Shown here: positions 1-10,519 of the stretch, piece by piece
Position numbering within the stretch: the first letter of the stretch is position 1
Layout of the letters: every line of letters begins with the position of its first letter
Source: Blastocladiella emersonii ATCC 22665
Taxonomy: Eukaryota; Fungi; Blastocladiomycota
Assembly (NCBI GenBank): GCA_025594325.1
Contig: JANHCV010000002.1
Span: 1,550,001 to 1,614,000, forward strand
DNA length: 64,000 nucleotides
Direction: 5' to 3'
Translations under genes and position numbers: made by a program
The notes under the pieces: generated by a model
Databases searched by the model: none
The model's input: only the letters and a program-made list of their open reading frames with translations
Told to the model about the DNA's origin: nothing

Positions 1-1292
1 GCGCAGGGTGACGATGCGCTTGCGGGTGCCGACGCAGCAGCCCTTGATCATGAGGAAGTCCTCGTTGACCATACCGTAGTGCGGGAAGCCGCCCATGGGG
101 TTGATGGTCTTCTCGGTGATGTCGAACTCGGTCGAGCCCGAGGCCGAGGCCTGGCCGTTCGAGACGCGGTAGATCTTCTTGTTGATCTCGGTACGGTGGT
201 GGTAGCCGTTCTGACCAGCGCGCGGCACCGAGTACATGACGCGCGACGGGTGCCAGGCACCGACACAGGCAATCTTGCGGAGACCACGGTGCGTCTTGCG
301 GGGGAGCTTCTTGGTGCCCCAACGGTGGGTGACACCCTCGTAACCGTGACCCTTGGTCACACCGATGATGTCGATGTTCTCGTCCTGCTCGAAGACCGAC
401 TTGATGTCGACCTCCTTCTCGAAGTGCTCCTTGGCCCAGTCGACCTTCTGCGCAATCGAGCCGCCGTTGAGCTGGATCTCCATGAGGTGCGCCTTCTTCT
501 GGCCGATCTTGACCTTGCGGATCTGCGTGTGCGCGAGGACGCGGACAACCTGGCAGTACTTCTTGATGCGCTCGAGCTCGCGGGTGATGTCCTTGGCGCC
601 CTCGGCGTACTTGCCGGCGTACTTGGTGAAGGCCTTCTTCTTGGACTTGTACCAGTTCTTGTAGAAGCGGCGCTTGACCTCCTCCGAGAGGTGCTCGGCC
701 CACACCGTGGTGAGGGTGCGCAGGCCGCGGGGGGTCTCGACGTAGCCGACAACACCGACGACGACCATAGGGGGCGTCTCGATGATGGTCACGGCCTCGA
801 CGATCTCCTTCTTGTGCATCTCTGAGCGCGCGCGAGCGGGTTTCCACGGTTAGCGCACGTTCCAAACACACGCATTCCACCACAACGAGAAAATTCAACG
901 TACTCGACGCGGGGCGGTCGAGGTCGCGCACAATGTGGGTCATGCCGGCCTTGTAGCCGATGAAGGCCGTGAGGTGCACGGGCTTCTTGGCATCGTCGCG
1001 GGGGAACGACTTGACCTTACCGCGGTGATGGCGGCAGCGCTTGCGGGGCAGGAAACCCAGCGAACCGTGACGGGGGTGCTCGAACTTGCGGTGGGACTAA
1101 CGAAATGGGGGGGGGAAAATGCGGATGGTTGCGGGTGGCCACCACGGCACAGCAGGTCGTTTTCGTCAGTCATCCGTCGGTTTCATTGGTCCCCGCCGCG
1201 GTCGTCGCGGCCGAAGCCAGCAAAACGCCGAGCGGGGATTGAATACCGCCGTCCGACAGAGCGGCACGACTGCATGCGATTCATCTCACCAT
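1..1292 (-). CDS. RPL3: 60S ribosomal protein L3, 3' end outside the window
   Basis: ATG at 1292 is followed directly by a GTGAG intron (1289-1097). Then [20 protein letters not shown]...[12 protein letters not shown], a second intron (about 902-823), [14 protein letters not shown]...[31 protein letters not shown]. Not in the ORF track because it is spliced and truncated. Confidence 0.98.
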
Positions 1293-1471
1293 TGTAAATA
1301 TCCGTGCTCCAGGAGGGAAGAACAGGCAAGGCGGTCGTCGCGGAGCTTTAAGCTGGCGGACTCCCAGTTCAGCCACATCACCTGACGTTCAATTTCGCTT
1401 TCTCTCCACCGCCAAGTCACTGCCGCGTCCTTCCGCGACCTCGATCCGTGCACGCCACATATGAGAAACCA

Positions 1472-3190
1472 ATGGAGAACGCCAAACTCGACTTGCTGCC
1501 CTCTGTCGTGATCGCGAACCTCGCCGCGTTCCTCGAAGGGCGCCAGCTCTCGCGGCTGCGGCAGACCTGCACTGCCATGAGCCGCGTGCCAGCCAACGTA
1601 ACGGCCAGCCGTGAGCACCTCGACTGGGCCCTTCGCCGCGGGTCATACACGCCGATACATCGGATTTATTTCGACCGTGCGATACGCCTTGATCAAAGTT
1701 CTGCTTACCGAGCAAGGCAGGTTCTGATCCGCGATGCAGTCGACTTGCTCGACGCTGACACGATTCGCGCCCTGCTTGACCCTCGCTCTCCGCGCGTGCA
1801 CGGCAAAGCGCTCGACGTGGAAGTGGCCTTCTTTCGCGCTCTACAACAGGTTGACCGAGGACGACCCGGTGCGGCTGAAATCGCGCGGATGTTGCTCGTC
1901 GACTCGCACATTTTTCCCTTCACGTTCGAGTTTCGCTACATGAGCGACCACGAATTCCTCGCACTGTGCACTACTGCTGCAGCTGTCGACATCGGCTCGC
2001 TTGTTGATGCGAATCTCCATCCGCTACACGTCTTGGTCGTCGCTGCCTTGGCCAGCGATTCGCGGACCGAGCGACTCCTTGACGCGTCATGGCCGACCGT
2101 CGTGTACAAGGCGTCTCCCAACTTGCCTGGACTGGTGGATGTGCTGCTCATCGCACTCCTGACAAACAATGAAGCGCCGACAATCAGCATTCTCGCTCGT
2201 CTGGTCACGGACCCGGCTATTCCGGTAGAGTATCCTGCTCACTGTTGGGAGTCTACCATGGATCTGGTTTTTCGCCAAGGCACGCCTGCGCTCCTTCGCC
2301 GTGTGTTATCGCACCCGGCCGCTCGTCTCGTGCTTCTTCGCCCCACCCATGCCCAGCTGTGTCGTGATATCGCGCAAGGAGATCCTACTGCGCTTAGCTT
2401 ACACCTCGAAAGCGGCGGTTTCCTCGAATCCAATTACGACGACGACGACGAGTACCACTTTCGCGACGCGGAAACATTCAAGGCATCAACGATCATTTGC
2501 CTCTCCTGGCGCCTTGGCGAGCTTGCGTGCTTTGATCGCTTGCTGACCATCGCTGCGAAGACCTGGTACAAAGGTCCCTCTTTCGTCATCGATCTCTTCC
2601 GAGAATTATGTATAAACTTGGACTTGGACTTGGACTTGGACTTGGACTTGGACTTGGACTTGGCTTGCGCAAGGCATGTCTTCACGCGACTTCTCGGCAT
2701 GGGTCCAACGGTTCACAAGATGATGGCTTCCGACTTCTTGTTGCTCGTTCGGCTCGGAGTCGGGGAAGCACGCGTGGACATGCTTGCCTGGTTGCTCATG
2801 GAAGCTGGTCCAGCGCTTGTTGAGGCTTCTGACGGAGCACTTGGTGTCGCAGAGACTTTGGCCACCATCACCGCGGCCATCTTGTTGCCCACCCCCATCG
2901 GTTCATTTGGTCAATCGGCTCAACGCCACCTCGATACGCTCACCTGGATCCTCAGCAACTGCGGTCCTGTTTCCACGCAGGACAAGCAGACCGCACTTGC
3001 TGCCGCGGATCCCCGCTGGAATCAGGCGATCATCGAGTACCTGCTGCGTGATCCAAGAGTTGATCCGTCGTTCGAAAACAACAAGCTGCTGGTTCGTGTT
3101 CAGCAAGCGGGTTTCCATTCGACTGCTGCACTTCTTTTGCGCGATCCGCGCGTTGTGGCCATCGAGCGTGCACGGTATGTGCAGCGCTGA
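1472..3190 (+). CDS. F-box-like / ankyrin-like repeat protein, paralog 1
   Basis: Intronless. ATG at 1472 is preferred over GTG 1448 because paralog 2 also starts MEN. N-terminal LDLLPSVVIANLAAFLEGRQLSRLRQTC fits the F-box pattern; C-terminal LLRDPRVDPSFENNKLL..VQQAGFHSTAALLLRDPRV is ankyrin-like. Confidence 0.75.
   Translation: MENAKLDLLPSVVIANLAAFLEGRQLSRLRQTCTAMSRVPANVTASREHLDWALRRGSYTPIHRIYFDRAIRLDQSSAYRARQVLIRDAVDLLDADTIRALLDPRSPRVHGKALDVEVAFFRALQQVDRGRPGAAEIARMLLVDSHIFPFTFEFRYMSDHEFLALCTTAAAVDIGSLVDANLHPLHVLVVAALASDSRTERLLDASWPTVVYKASPNLPGLVDVLLIALLTNNEAPTISILARLVTDPAIPVEYPAHCWESTMDLVFRQGTPALLRRVLSHPAARLVLLRPTHAQLCRDIAQGDPTALSLHLESGGFLESNYDDDDEYHFRDAETFKASTIICLSWRLGELACFDRLLTIAAKTWYKGPSFVIDLFRELCINLDLDLDLDLDLDLDLACARHVFTRLLGMGPTVHKMMASDFLLLVRLGVGEARVDMLAWLLMEAGPALVEASDGALGVAETLATITAAILLPTPIGSFGQSAQRHLDTLTWILSNCGPVSTQDKQTALAAADPRWNQAIIEYLLRDPRVDPSFENNKLLVRVQQAGFHSTAALLLRDPRVVAIERARYVQR
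2617..2663 (+). repeat. (CTTGGA)x7.8 coding microsatellite encoding a Leu-Asp run
   Basis: Seven perfect hexamers plus CTTGG, read directly from the sequence. Confidence 0.97.
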
Positions 3191-3499
3191 CTTGCAGATC
3201 GCTCAAGTTTGGGGGCATCCGGAACGGTTTCGCGTTGAAGAGGGGCATGAAAATAAACGGATTTAATGGCTTGGTGCCTTTTCAAACGAGCGTCAACGCG
3301 TCCCTGATTGATTCACGCGATGGTGGTCCCCTTGCCGAGTCGCGGCGGCGGAAGGACTGGCCGCGACGTTGAGAACGCGTCGCATGTTCAGCCACATCAC
3401 CTGATGCTCGGTGCGCCCTCGCTCTCACGCGCCCCGAAAGTCGCCGCAGCGCTCCTCGGCGAACCTTCCCTCGAGTACATGCAATCTAATGTGTAACTA

Positions 3500-5152
3500 A
3501 TGGAGAACGCCATGATTGACTTGCTGCCCTGGGATGTGGTTGCGCACCTCGCTGAGTATCTCGACGCGCGCCAGCTCTCGCGGCTGCGGTAAACCTGCAC
3601 CGCCCTGAGCCACACGCCCGCCAACCTGACCGTTGTCAATGATCACTTCCACTGGGCGATCCTCAAGGGATCGTACTTTGATCTACGCCCGCTGTTCCTC
3701 GAACACGGCCGCCTCTTCAAGCCACAAGCCGCGCAAGAAGCACTGCGGACCCTTCTTCACGGTGCCGTTGACGTGCAAGACGCACACCTGCTTCACATCC
3801 TCCTCAACCCACAATCCCCGTTTGCGCTTGGAGCAAAACGGTACCTTGGGCAGGCTTTTTTCCACGCGCTCGTGCAGGTGGACCGTGTTCGACCCCGCGC
3901 CATGGAGATGGCGCGCATGCTGCTCGTCAGTCCGCTAATCTTTCCATTCTCGCTTTGGTTCGCTGGAATGTCCGACAGCCTTGTCGATGCCTTGTGCGGT
4001 ACCGCAGCAACCGTCGATTTGGACACGCTCAGCCTCAGCGGCGCGGATCCGCTTCACGTCTTGGTCCTCGCCCTGCTCGCTGCTGACGCGCGGACTACGG
4101 CATTCATTGACGCGTCATGGACGACCATCACAGAAGGCGGAGCCGACCTTTGGCCCAAACTCACGGATCTGCTTCTCATCGCGCTCGTGACCAACAACGA
4201 GGTTGTCACTATGTACCTTCTCAATCGTATCGCTGCAGCAACACCTTTGCCCGCTGGGTACACGGCTTCTTCTTGGGAATCGACAGTGGACCACGCCTGC
4301 CGCAGGGCTCCACCTGCTCTACTTCGTCGGCTCATGACCCACCCGACCGCGAACATCATTCTCGAGCCGAACGCAGCCAAGGTTTGTCGCCTTATTGCAC
4401 TCGGCAATGCGACGGCTCTTCACGGACGGCATGGAAAACTCACACGCGCCTTTTTCATCCGCAACAGTGGCAGGATCGATGCCTTCACGTTCATCGCCCT
4501 GGCTTGGCGACTTGGCGAGCGAACTTATTTTGAACGCCTGGTCGATGCTGCGCTAAATTTCAGGCGTCACCGTCCCGAACTCGCCGCGACCTACTTCAGA
4601 GCTACTTGCGTTGACCTGGACCCCGACGCCGCTCAATGCTTTCTCGCACGCACGCTCGAGATGGGCCCTGATGTCTTCTATATGATCGTTTGGGATTTCC
4701 GGCGCATCGCCCGTGAGGCGGTCAGCAAGGCTCGCCTCGACATGCTTTCCTGGCTAATGACCACGGCGCGCCCGATCCTCCTCGGAGCGGTTGAGCCACT
4801 TCATCAAAATGTCGCGAAGTCACTCGGCATCGATACCGCCTATCTTGTGTTTACCATGGTCATCCGCGTGAATGATAGCTCGGCGCGGCAGCAGTTAGAC
4901 ATGGTCGCCTGGCTTTTGGACAACTTCGATGGGGGCACCGCAGCCAGAAAGCAGACCGCTTTGGAGCACGCTGGAAACTGCGGAAACCAAGTTATCGAGC
5001 TCTTGCTTCGTGACCCGGGCGTGGATCCGTCCTGCAATGGGAACCAACTGCTCAGGTCTGTTCAAGCGCGCGGTCTTCCGTCAACCGAAGCGCTTCTCCT
5101 TCGCGACCCGCGCGTTGCAGCCCTCGAACGCGAGCGGTACGCGCAGCTCTGA
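3500..5152 (+). pseudogene. F-box-like / ankyrin-like paralog 2 with an in-frame TAA
   Basis: ATG 3500 MENAMIDLLPWDVVAHLAEYLDARQLSRLR*TCTAL. The TAA at 3590-3592 aligns with CAG (Q) in paralog 1. The same frame continues into the 3773..5152 ORF, which ends LLRDPGVDPSCNGNQLL...LLLRDPRVAALERERYAQL. Confidence 0.8.
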
Positions 5153-5224
5153 ATCGTTCGATTTCGGCACCAGTAGCAAGGAATACGTGTTGTATGAGCG
5201 ATTGGTATGTACATGCAATGAATT

Positions 5225-7340
5225 TCAGTCGTCGAGCGCGTCGAAGCGGAGGCCGTCCAGGGCATCACGCGAATTGAGATCAAACGGCTTCGGCCCGCCG
5301 GCGGGCATGATACCCCGCGCAACGGCCTCGTCGTCGGACATGTCCTCGTCCGTCAGCCCGAACCGGAGCTCGTAGGGCGTGCTCATGGCGACGAGGAACT
5401 GGTCCTTGCGCGACCCGTCGTAGTGCTCGGGCACGCGGTGCTTCTTGGCCGCGTCGCGCAGCAGCGCCGCGTTGAACGCGTGCGCCTTGACGGCCACGGC
5501 CTGGATGTGCTTGATCTGCACGTACGGCCCGTCGACGGTCGCGGCCGCCGCGGCGGCGCGCGGCTTGGGCTTGGGGAAATACGCGTGGTACGAGTTGGCG
5601 GGCGGGGCCGGGTCGGCCTCGGCCTGCGCCTGCGCCTGCGCCTGCACCTGCTGCGCCTTGGCCGCGATGCGCACGTCGGCGCGGAAATCGTTGATGAACG
5701 TGTTCCCGAACACGACCGGGACCACGGGCGAGATGCCGGCCTGCAGGAGCCGGCGCGCCGCGGCCTTGAACGCGGCAATCGACTCGATCAGGGCCGTGTG
5801 CGTGGCCATGGGGATGTATGTCTTGGCCTTGAAGGCAGCGCGCGCGGCCTTGGAGCCTTTGGTGTGTGCGACGCGGTCGTTGACGGCCTCCTCCCACTCG
5901 ATGAAGAAGTCGGCGATCTCGTCAAGTTCCCCGATCGCCGTGTGGTTGAGGTTGGCGATCCGCTCGCGGCGGCCGACGAACCCCTCCCAGTACTTGCGCA
6001 TGGACACAACATAGAAGTGGGTCGCCTGGACCGTGTGCGCCGCGTGCAGCAGCCGCCCGCGCGTGCGCTCCGTGAGCGAGGGGTCGGTCCGCACCGCAAT
6101 GATGGGCTCGAGGAGCACCGCGCGCATCATGAAAGGAACGTGAGCTCCGATACCCGACATGGCCTTGTCGAGACCCAGGGACGGGTTGGCCTTGGGCTGG
6201 ATGTGGCCGTGGGCGGAACACCCGGTGATGTTGTAGAGCTTGGCGAGGCGCGGCTCGTCCTTGATGTACTAGGCCATGTTGCGCATGCAGTCGGCGCTGG
6301 CGACGCCGCCCGCGTGGTGCTCGAGCGTAAGCCGAGGGTCGGCGAACGCGTCGCGCAGGCGCATCACGACGGACAGCGGGTCGGGGAGCCAGATGACGGT
6401 CGGGTTGGCCGCGGACACGAGCTCGGCGGCCTCAGTGTACGTCTAGTTGCTACATGGCGAGCATGTACGTGATTAGCAGCCCGCTCCGGCGGTACGGCCA
6501 CAGAGAAGAGCATACCAGTCCGAAGACCACGAGAGCACCTCGAAACCCTTGTCCTCGAGCTGACCGACGATCTTGTTGATGCGGCCCGCCACGATCGTCG
6601 ACTTGAGCTCGCCGTACGTGAAAAAGCACAGCGGGTGCGCGATTCGAGTCGCGTGGCACCACATCATGAAGATGACCGCGCGGCGCCCGGTGCCCGGCGG
6701 CTCGTCATCGTCCGAGTCGCCGCCCTCGCACTCGGCGGTGGTCTGCGCGAGCTTGATCTCGGTGATCGAGAGGCTGACCATGGCCCTCGGCGTGTTGAGG
6801 CTGCCCGCGCCGCCGATAGCCGCGACGGCGAGATCGAGATGGACCGCGGAAAAGCCGGGCGGGAAGTCGGACAGGGACGCCGTCGGCGAGCAGCTCGAGT
6901 CAATGTCAGGTGCTCCCGCCGCAGTCGCCGACTTCTTGAGGTTCTTCTGGTGGATCCGCTTGATGCGCTCGACCTCGCGCATCCGCTTGGGATCGAGCGG
7001 AAAGTAGAAGGGCGTCTCGTGGGTACGCTCCTGCGGCGACGAGGCGTCATTGGTCGCGCCGCACTCGGCAGCGTACGCGCCGAACAAGCTAAACGGAAAG
7101 GCGTCAGGCGTCAGTCATCACTCTCGTCTTACACTGGCGCAACTTCCCGCACCTGCTAGTTGACGCGGGCCCATTCTTCATGGCCGCAGCGGGAGGTGCT
7201 GTCGTGCTGGTGCTCGAGCTCGATGCCGAACTCGCCTTGGCGCGCGGCTTCTTCTGCGGAGCGCGGCGGCCGCGGGGTCCGCGCGTAGTCGGGGCAGCGC
7301 CGCGAGGGCCGCTCGTGCTAGTGCTATCACTGACCATCAT
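5225..7340 (-). pseudogene. P-element/THAP9 transposase-derived gene, copy A, two in-frame TAG stops
   Basis: Exons about 7340-7153, 7088-6516, 6449-5225. Collinear with copies B and C (RAVIFMMWCHATRIAHPLCFF, GFEVLSWSSD, WLPDPLSV, IANLNH). TAG at 6445-6443 and 6271-6269, frame otherwise intact. Confidence 0.8.
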
Positions 7341-7562
7341 GTTGAGGGCTTCGTCGAGTCAAGAGTCTTGTTGCGTTCGTTGAACGAGAGAGAGGAAGAG
7401 CGTGGGAAGAGGTTCGACGCGTTTGGCGCGTTCCGCCACACGCTCGACTTGAAACAAGTCGCGTTGCGCCACTCATTCGGCCCAACTCTAAACAGAGGGA
7501 TACGCCCGAGTCTGATTAGCAATGATACCGTGTAATTAGCAATATGGATACAGAATGAACAA

Positions 7563-9674
7563 TCAACACGTGAAGCCGCCGCCATAGCTGCAGAACGGGT
7601 TCACGCCGCGCCACTCGGGCTTCTGCTCGACCTCCTCGTCACTCGACTCGTCGTCGTCCTTGGCGCCGATCTTGAGCTCGGTGCAGGCGAACATGTTCAA
7701 AATGGACTGGTGGGCGTCGGTTCCGTCGTAGTGGGTGACGGCGCGGCGCTTCTTGGCCGCGGCGCGGAGCAGCTTGGCGTTGTGCTGGTGCGCCTTGATG
7801 GCCGTGTCCTGGAGGTGCTTGACGTGGACGCGCGGGCGGTCGGCGGCGCTCTGGGCGGCGCACAGGTTCGGGCGGAACTGCTTCATGGCCTGTTTCTCGG
7901 CAATGACGCCCGGGTCGTTTCGGTCTGGCACGCCGGCCGCGGCGCGCACGTCCTTGAGGAACTTCTTGAGGAACGAGTTGCCGAACGCGACGGGCGCCAC
8001 GGGCGTGATGCCGACGTGCAGCAGGCGGCGCGCCACGGACTTGAACGCGGCAATCGACTCGATCAGCGCCGTGTACGTGTGGATCGGGACGAACGAGTAC
8101 GCGAGGCTGGCCGTGCCCTGGGCCGCGCGCTGGTCGGCAAACTCCTTCCACGCCATGAAGTACTCGGCGACCTCGTCGAGGTCCGCGATCAGCGAGTGGT
8201 TGAGGTTCGCAATCTTGGCACGGCTCATGAACGAGTCGCGGTACTTGATGACGTCCGACATGAAGCAGCCGGTCGCCTCGACGGGGAGGAGCGAGTCGAG
8301 CAGCCGGTTGCGTGTCGCCTTGTCGAGCTTCGGATTGTTCTTGACGGCGTGGATGGGCTCGAAGAACATCAGGAGTAGCCGGTTGGCGATGGAGGTCTTG
8401 ATCGCGTCGATCTTGAAGAACATGCCGAGATCGCGGTCGCCCTTGACATCGATGTGGTTGCCCGTAATGTTGTACAGCGGCGCGAGGCACGGCTCGCGCG
8501 AGATGAAGTGGGCCATGTCAGCGACGCAGCCGGGGCCCGCGATGCCGCCCGACGGCAGCTCGAGCGCGATGCACGGGTCGGCGAAGGCGTCGCGCAGGCC
8601 CTTCATGACGGAAAGCGGGTCGGGCAGCCAGGTCAGCGACGGGTTGGCCGCGGACACGAGGTCGGCGATCTTGTGGTATACCGGAGTGCTACACGGTGCG
8701 ACTCCGATGTCAGCAGTGGCCGAAGCTCCTTGCCGCGATCCCGCACGTACCAGTCCGAGAACCACGAAACCACGCTGAAACCCTTGGCCTCGAGCTCGCC
8801 GACCACCTTGCTGATGCGGCCGGCCACAAGCGCCGGCTTGACCTCGTTGTAGACGAAGAAGCACAGCGGATGCGCGAGCCGCGTCGCGTGGCACCACATC
8901 ATGAACACGACGGCGCGGCACTTGAGGCCGAGCGGCTCGTCGTCGTCCGGGTCGCCGCCGTCGGTCTCGGCCGTAGCCGCCGTGTCGCTGCTGGACGCGG
9001 CGTCGGCCAAAGCACTGCCGGGCGCGACCTTGATCTCGCTGATGGCGATACTGACCGAGGCTTGGGGCGTGTTGAGGTTGCACGCCCCGCCGATGACCTC
9101 GACGGCGAGGTCGAGGTGGATGTCAGAGAAGCCGGCAGAGAAGTCGTACACGGGCGCTGGCGCGTCCGAGTCGTCGACGGGCTTGGCCGCCGCCGCTCTC
9201 AAAGAAGCCGCCTTGGACCCGACGGACAAGAGCATGCGCTCGAGGCGGCGCAGCTGCTTGGAGGTGTCGGGGTCGGGCTCGCGGTAGAAGGGCGTCTCGT
9301 GCGTGCGCTGCTGCGGCGACAGCGAGACGTCGTCATCGTCGTCCTTATCGTCACTCTCGCTCTCGGTCTTATCCGGTTCACCTTCGATATTGAACCCGGC
9401 CATGAGCGACTCGAGCATCCGCTTCGCCTCATCGTCAGAAGCTTCATGCGAGCTAGACAGTCGCGTGCGCACGTCAGCTTTGTGAGCTCGCACATCGGCG
9501 CGCCAGCACGTACAAGCGCGAAACGGGTTGCATTTGCGGTGTGGTCGCCGCCGTAGTCTCCGTCTTGGGGCGCTGCTCCTGCTTCTTGGGGCCGGCGCGC
9601 CGCCCGCGGGGTCCACGCGTGGCCGGGGCGGAGCCGCGCGGGCCGCGAGTGCCGGGAGTGCCGGTGGTCATCAT
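7563..9674 (-). CDS. P-element/THAP9 transposase-derived protein, copy B, intact ORF, catalytically degenerate
   Basis: Exons 9674-9514, 9452-8751, 8688-7563 with GTACGT donors and TAG acceptors. Motifs AGFSDIHLD, VSIAISEIKV, RAVVFMMWCHATRLAHPLCFF, GFSVVSWFSD, WLPDPLSVMKGLRDAF, FGNSFLKKFLKDVR. Confidence 0.8.
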
Positions 9675-9900
9675 GGTCACGATGCGTTGAGTGGTTACGT
9701 TTTCATGCAATCGTTGAGCAATTGCAAGAGGGAGAGGGCGCGAGAGCGCGCGCAGAAAGACAGGCGATCAGCGACTGCCTTCGCGTCCCTCACGTGCGGA
9801 TGAGCGAGTCGTGTCGCGTCGCGCTCTGCCGATCTACGGCTCGCGGCCAATGCGCGATGATGATGGTATATTTGCAATGAGGGTGGGTGTGGAACGCTCG

Positions 9901-10180
9901 TCAGCTCTCTTCAAACGAGTCGCTGCCCAGCGTGAGCGATTCAAGAAGCTCGCTTGCGCTCGAACAGCCACGTCGGGCGAACTCCACGGCCATCTCATCG
10001 AAGAGCTCACCGTCCGAGTTGTAGTCGTCCCAGGACCCGAACTTGAGCTCTTTCGGCGTGCCCATGGCCATGAACGACTGGAGCGGGTGCGGTCCGTCGT
10101 AGTGGTCGGGCAGGCGGTTCAGCTTGGTCGCGTCGCGCAGCAGCGCCGCGTTGAACGCGTGCACCTTCCGTGGTCATCAT
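9901..10180 (-). pseudogene. Internally deleted derivative (copy D) of the same family
   Basis: ATGATGACCACGG at 10180 matches the copy B start. After 16 nt it joins, out of frame, HAFNAALLRDATKLNRLPDHYDG...MAMGTPKELKFG, which matches the C-terminus of copy A. Confidence 0.8.
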
Positions 10181-10519
10181 TGCGACTGCGTCTCACGTAA
10201 GCTCATCCGTTTCCGCCGATATAGAGTGAGTGCGCGAAGGCCGACGCGCGTGTGAAGCACGGCTGCGCCAGTCACGTTGAGGTGAAACACGTCGCGTCGC
10301 TCCACCAGTCGTGATTCCGGCCATCATCGGTCCAGGGAACCCTTGCTCAGCCCAGGCTCGTCGTCCTTGGGGTTCGGCGGTCGACAGAGATTTAACAAAA
10401 TTGCTATGTAGTGATGACAAAAACCCAGCCAGTCGTTTCGCTAATCAGTGCCCGCGCTCGCCCGCGTGAACGAGAGGGTCGTGGTGGACGGCCGAGTCCC
10501 ACACGATTTCCCCGTCATT

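Noticed and set aside
1097-1289. snoRNA in the longer-than-usual first RPL3 intron
   Set aside because: No convincing C/D (RTGATGA..CTGA) or H/ACA arrangement seen.
3590-6445. Stop-codon reassignment (TAA/TAG read as Gln) to explain the in-frame stops
   Set aside because: RPL15 ends in TAA and TOP1 in TAG at their conserved C-termini, and conserved genes show no internal TAA or TAG.
6269-6445. A-to-I editing of UAG to UGG rescuing copy A
   Set aside because: The aligned residues in B and C are Ser/Pro and His/Pro, not Trp.
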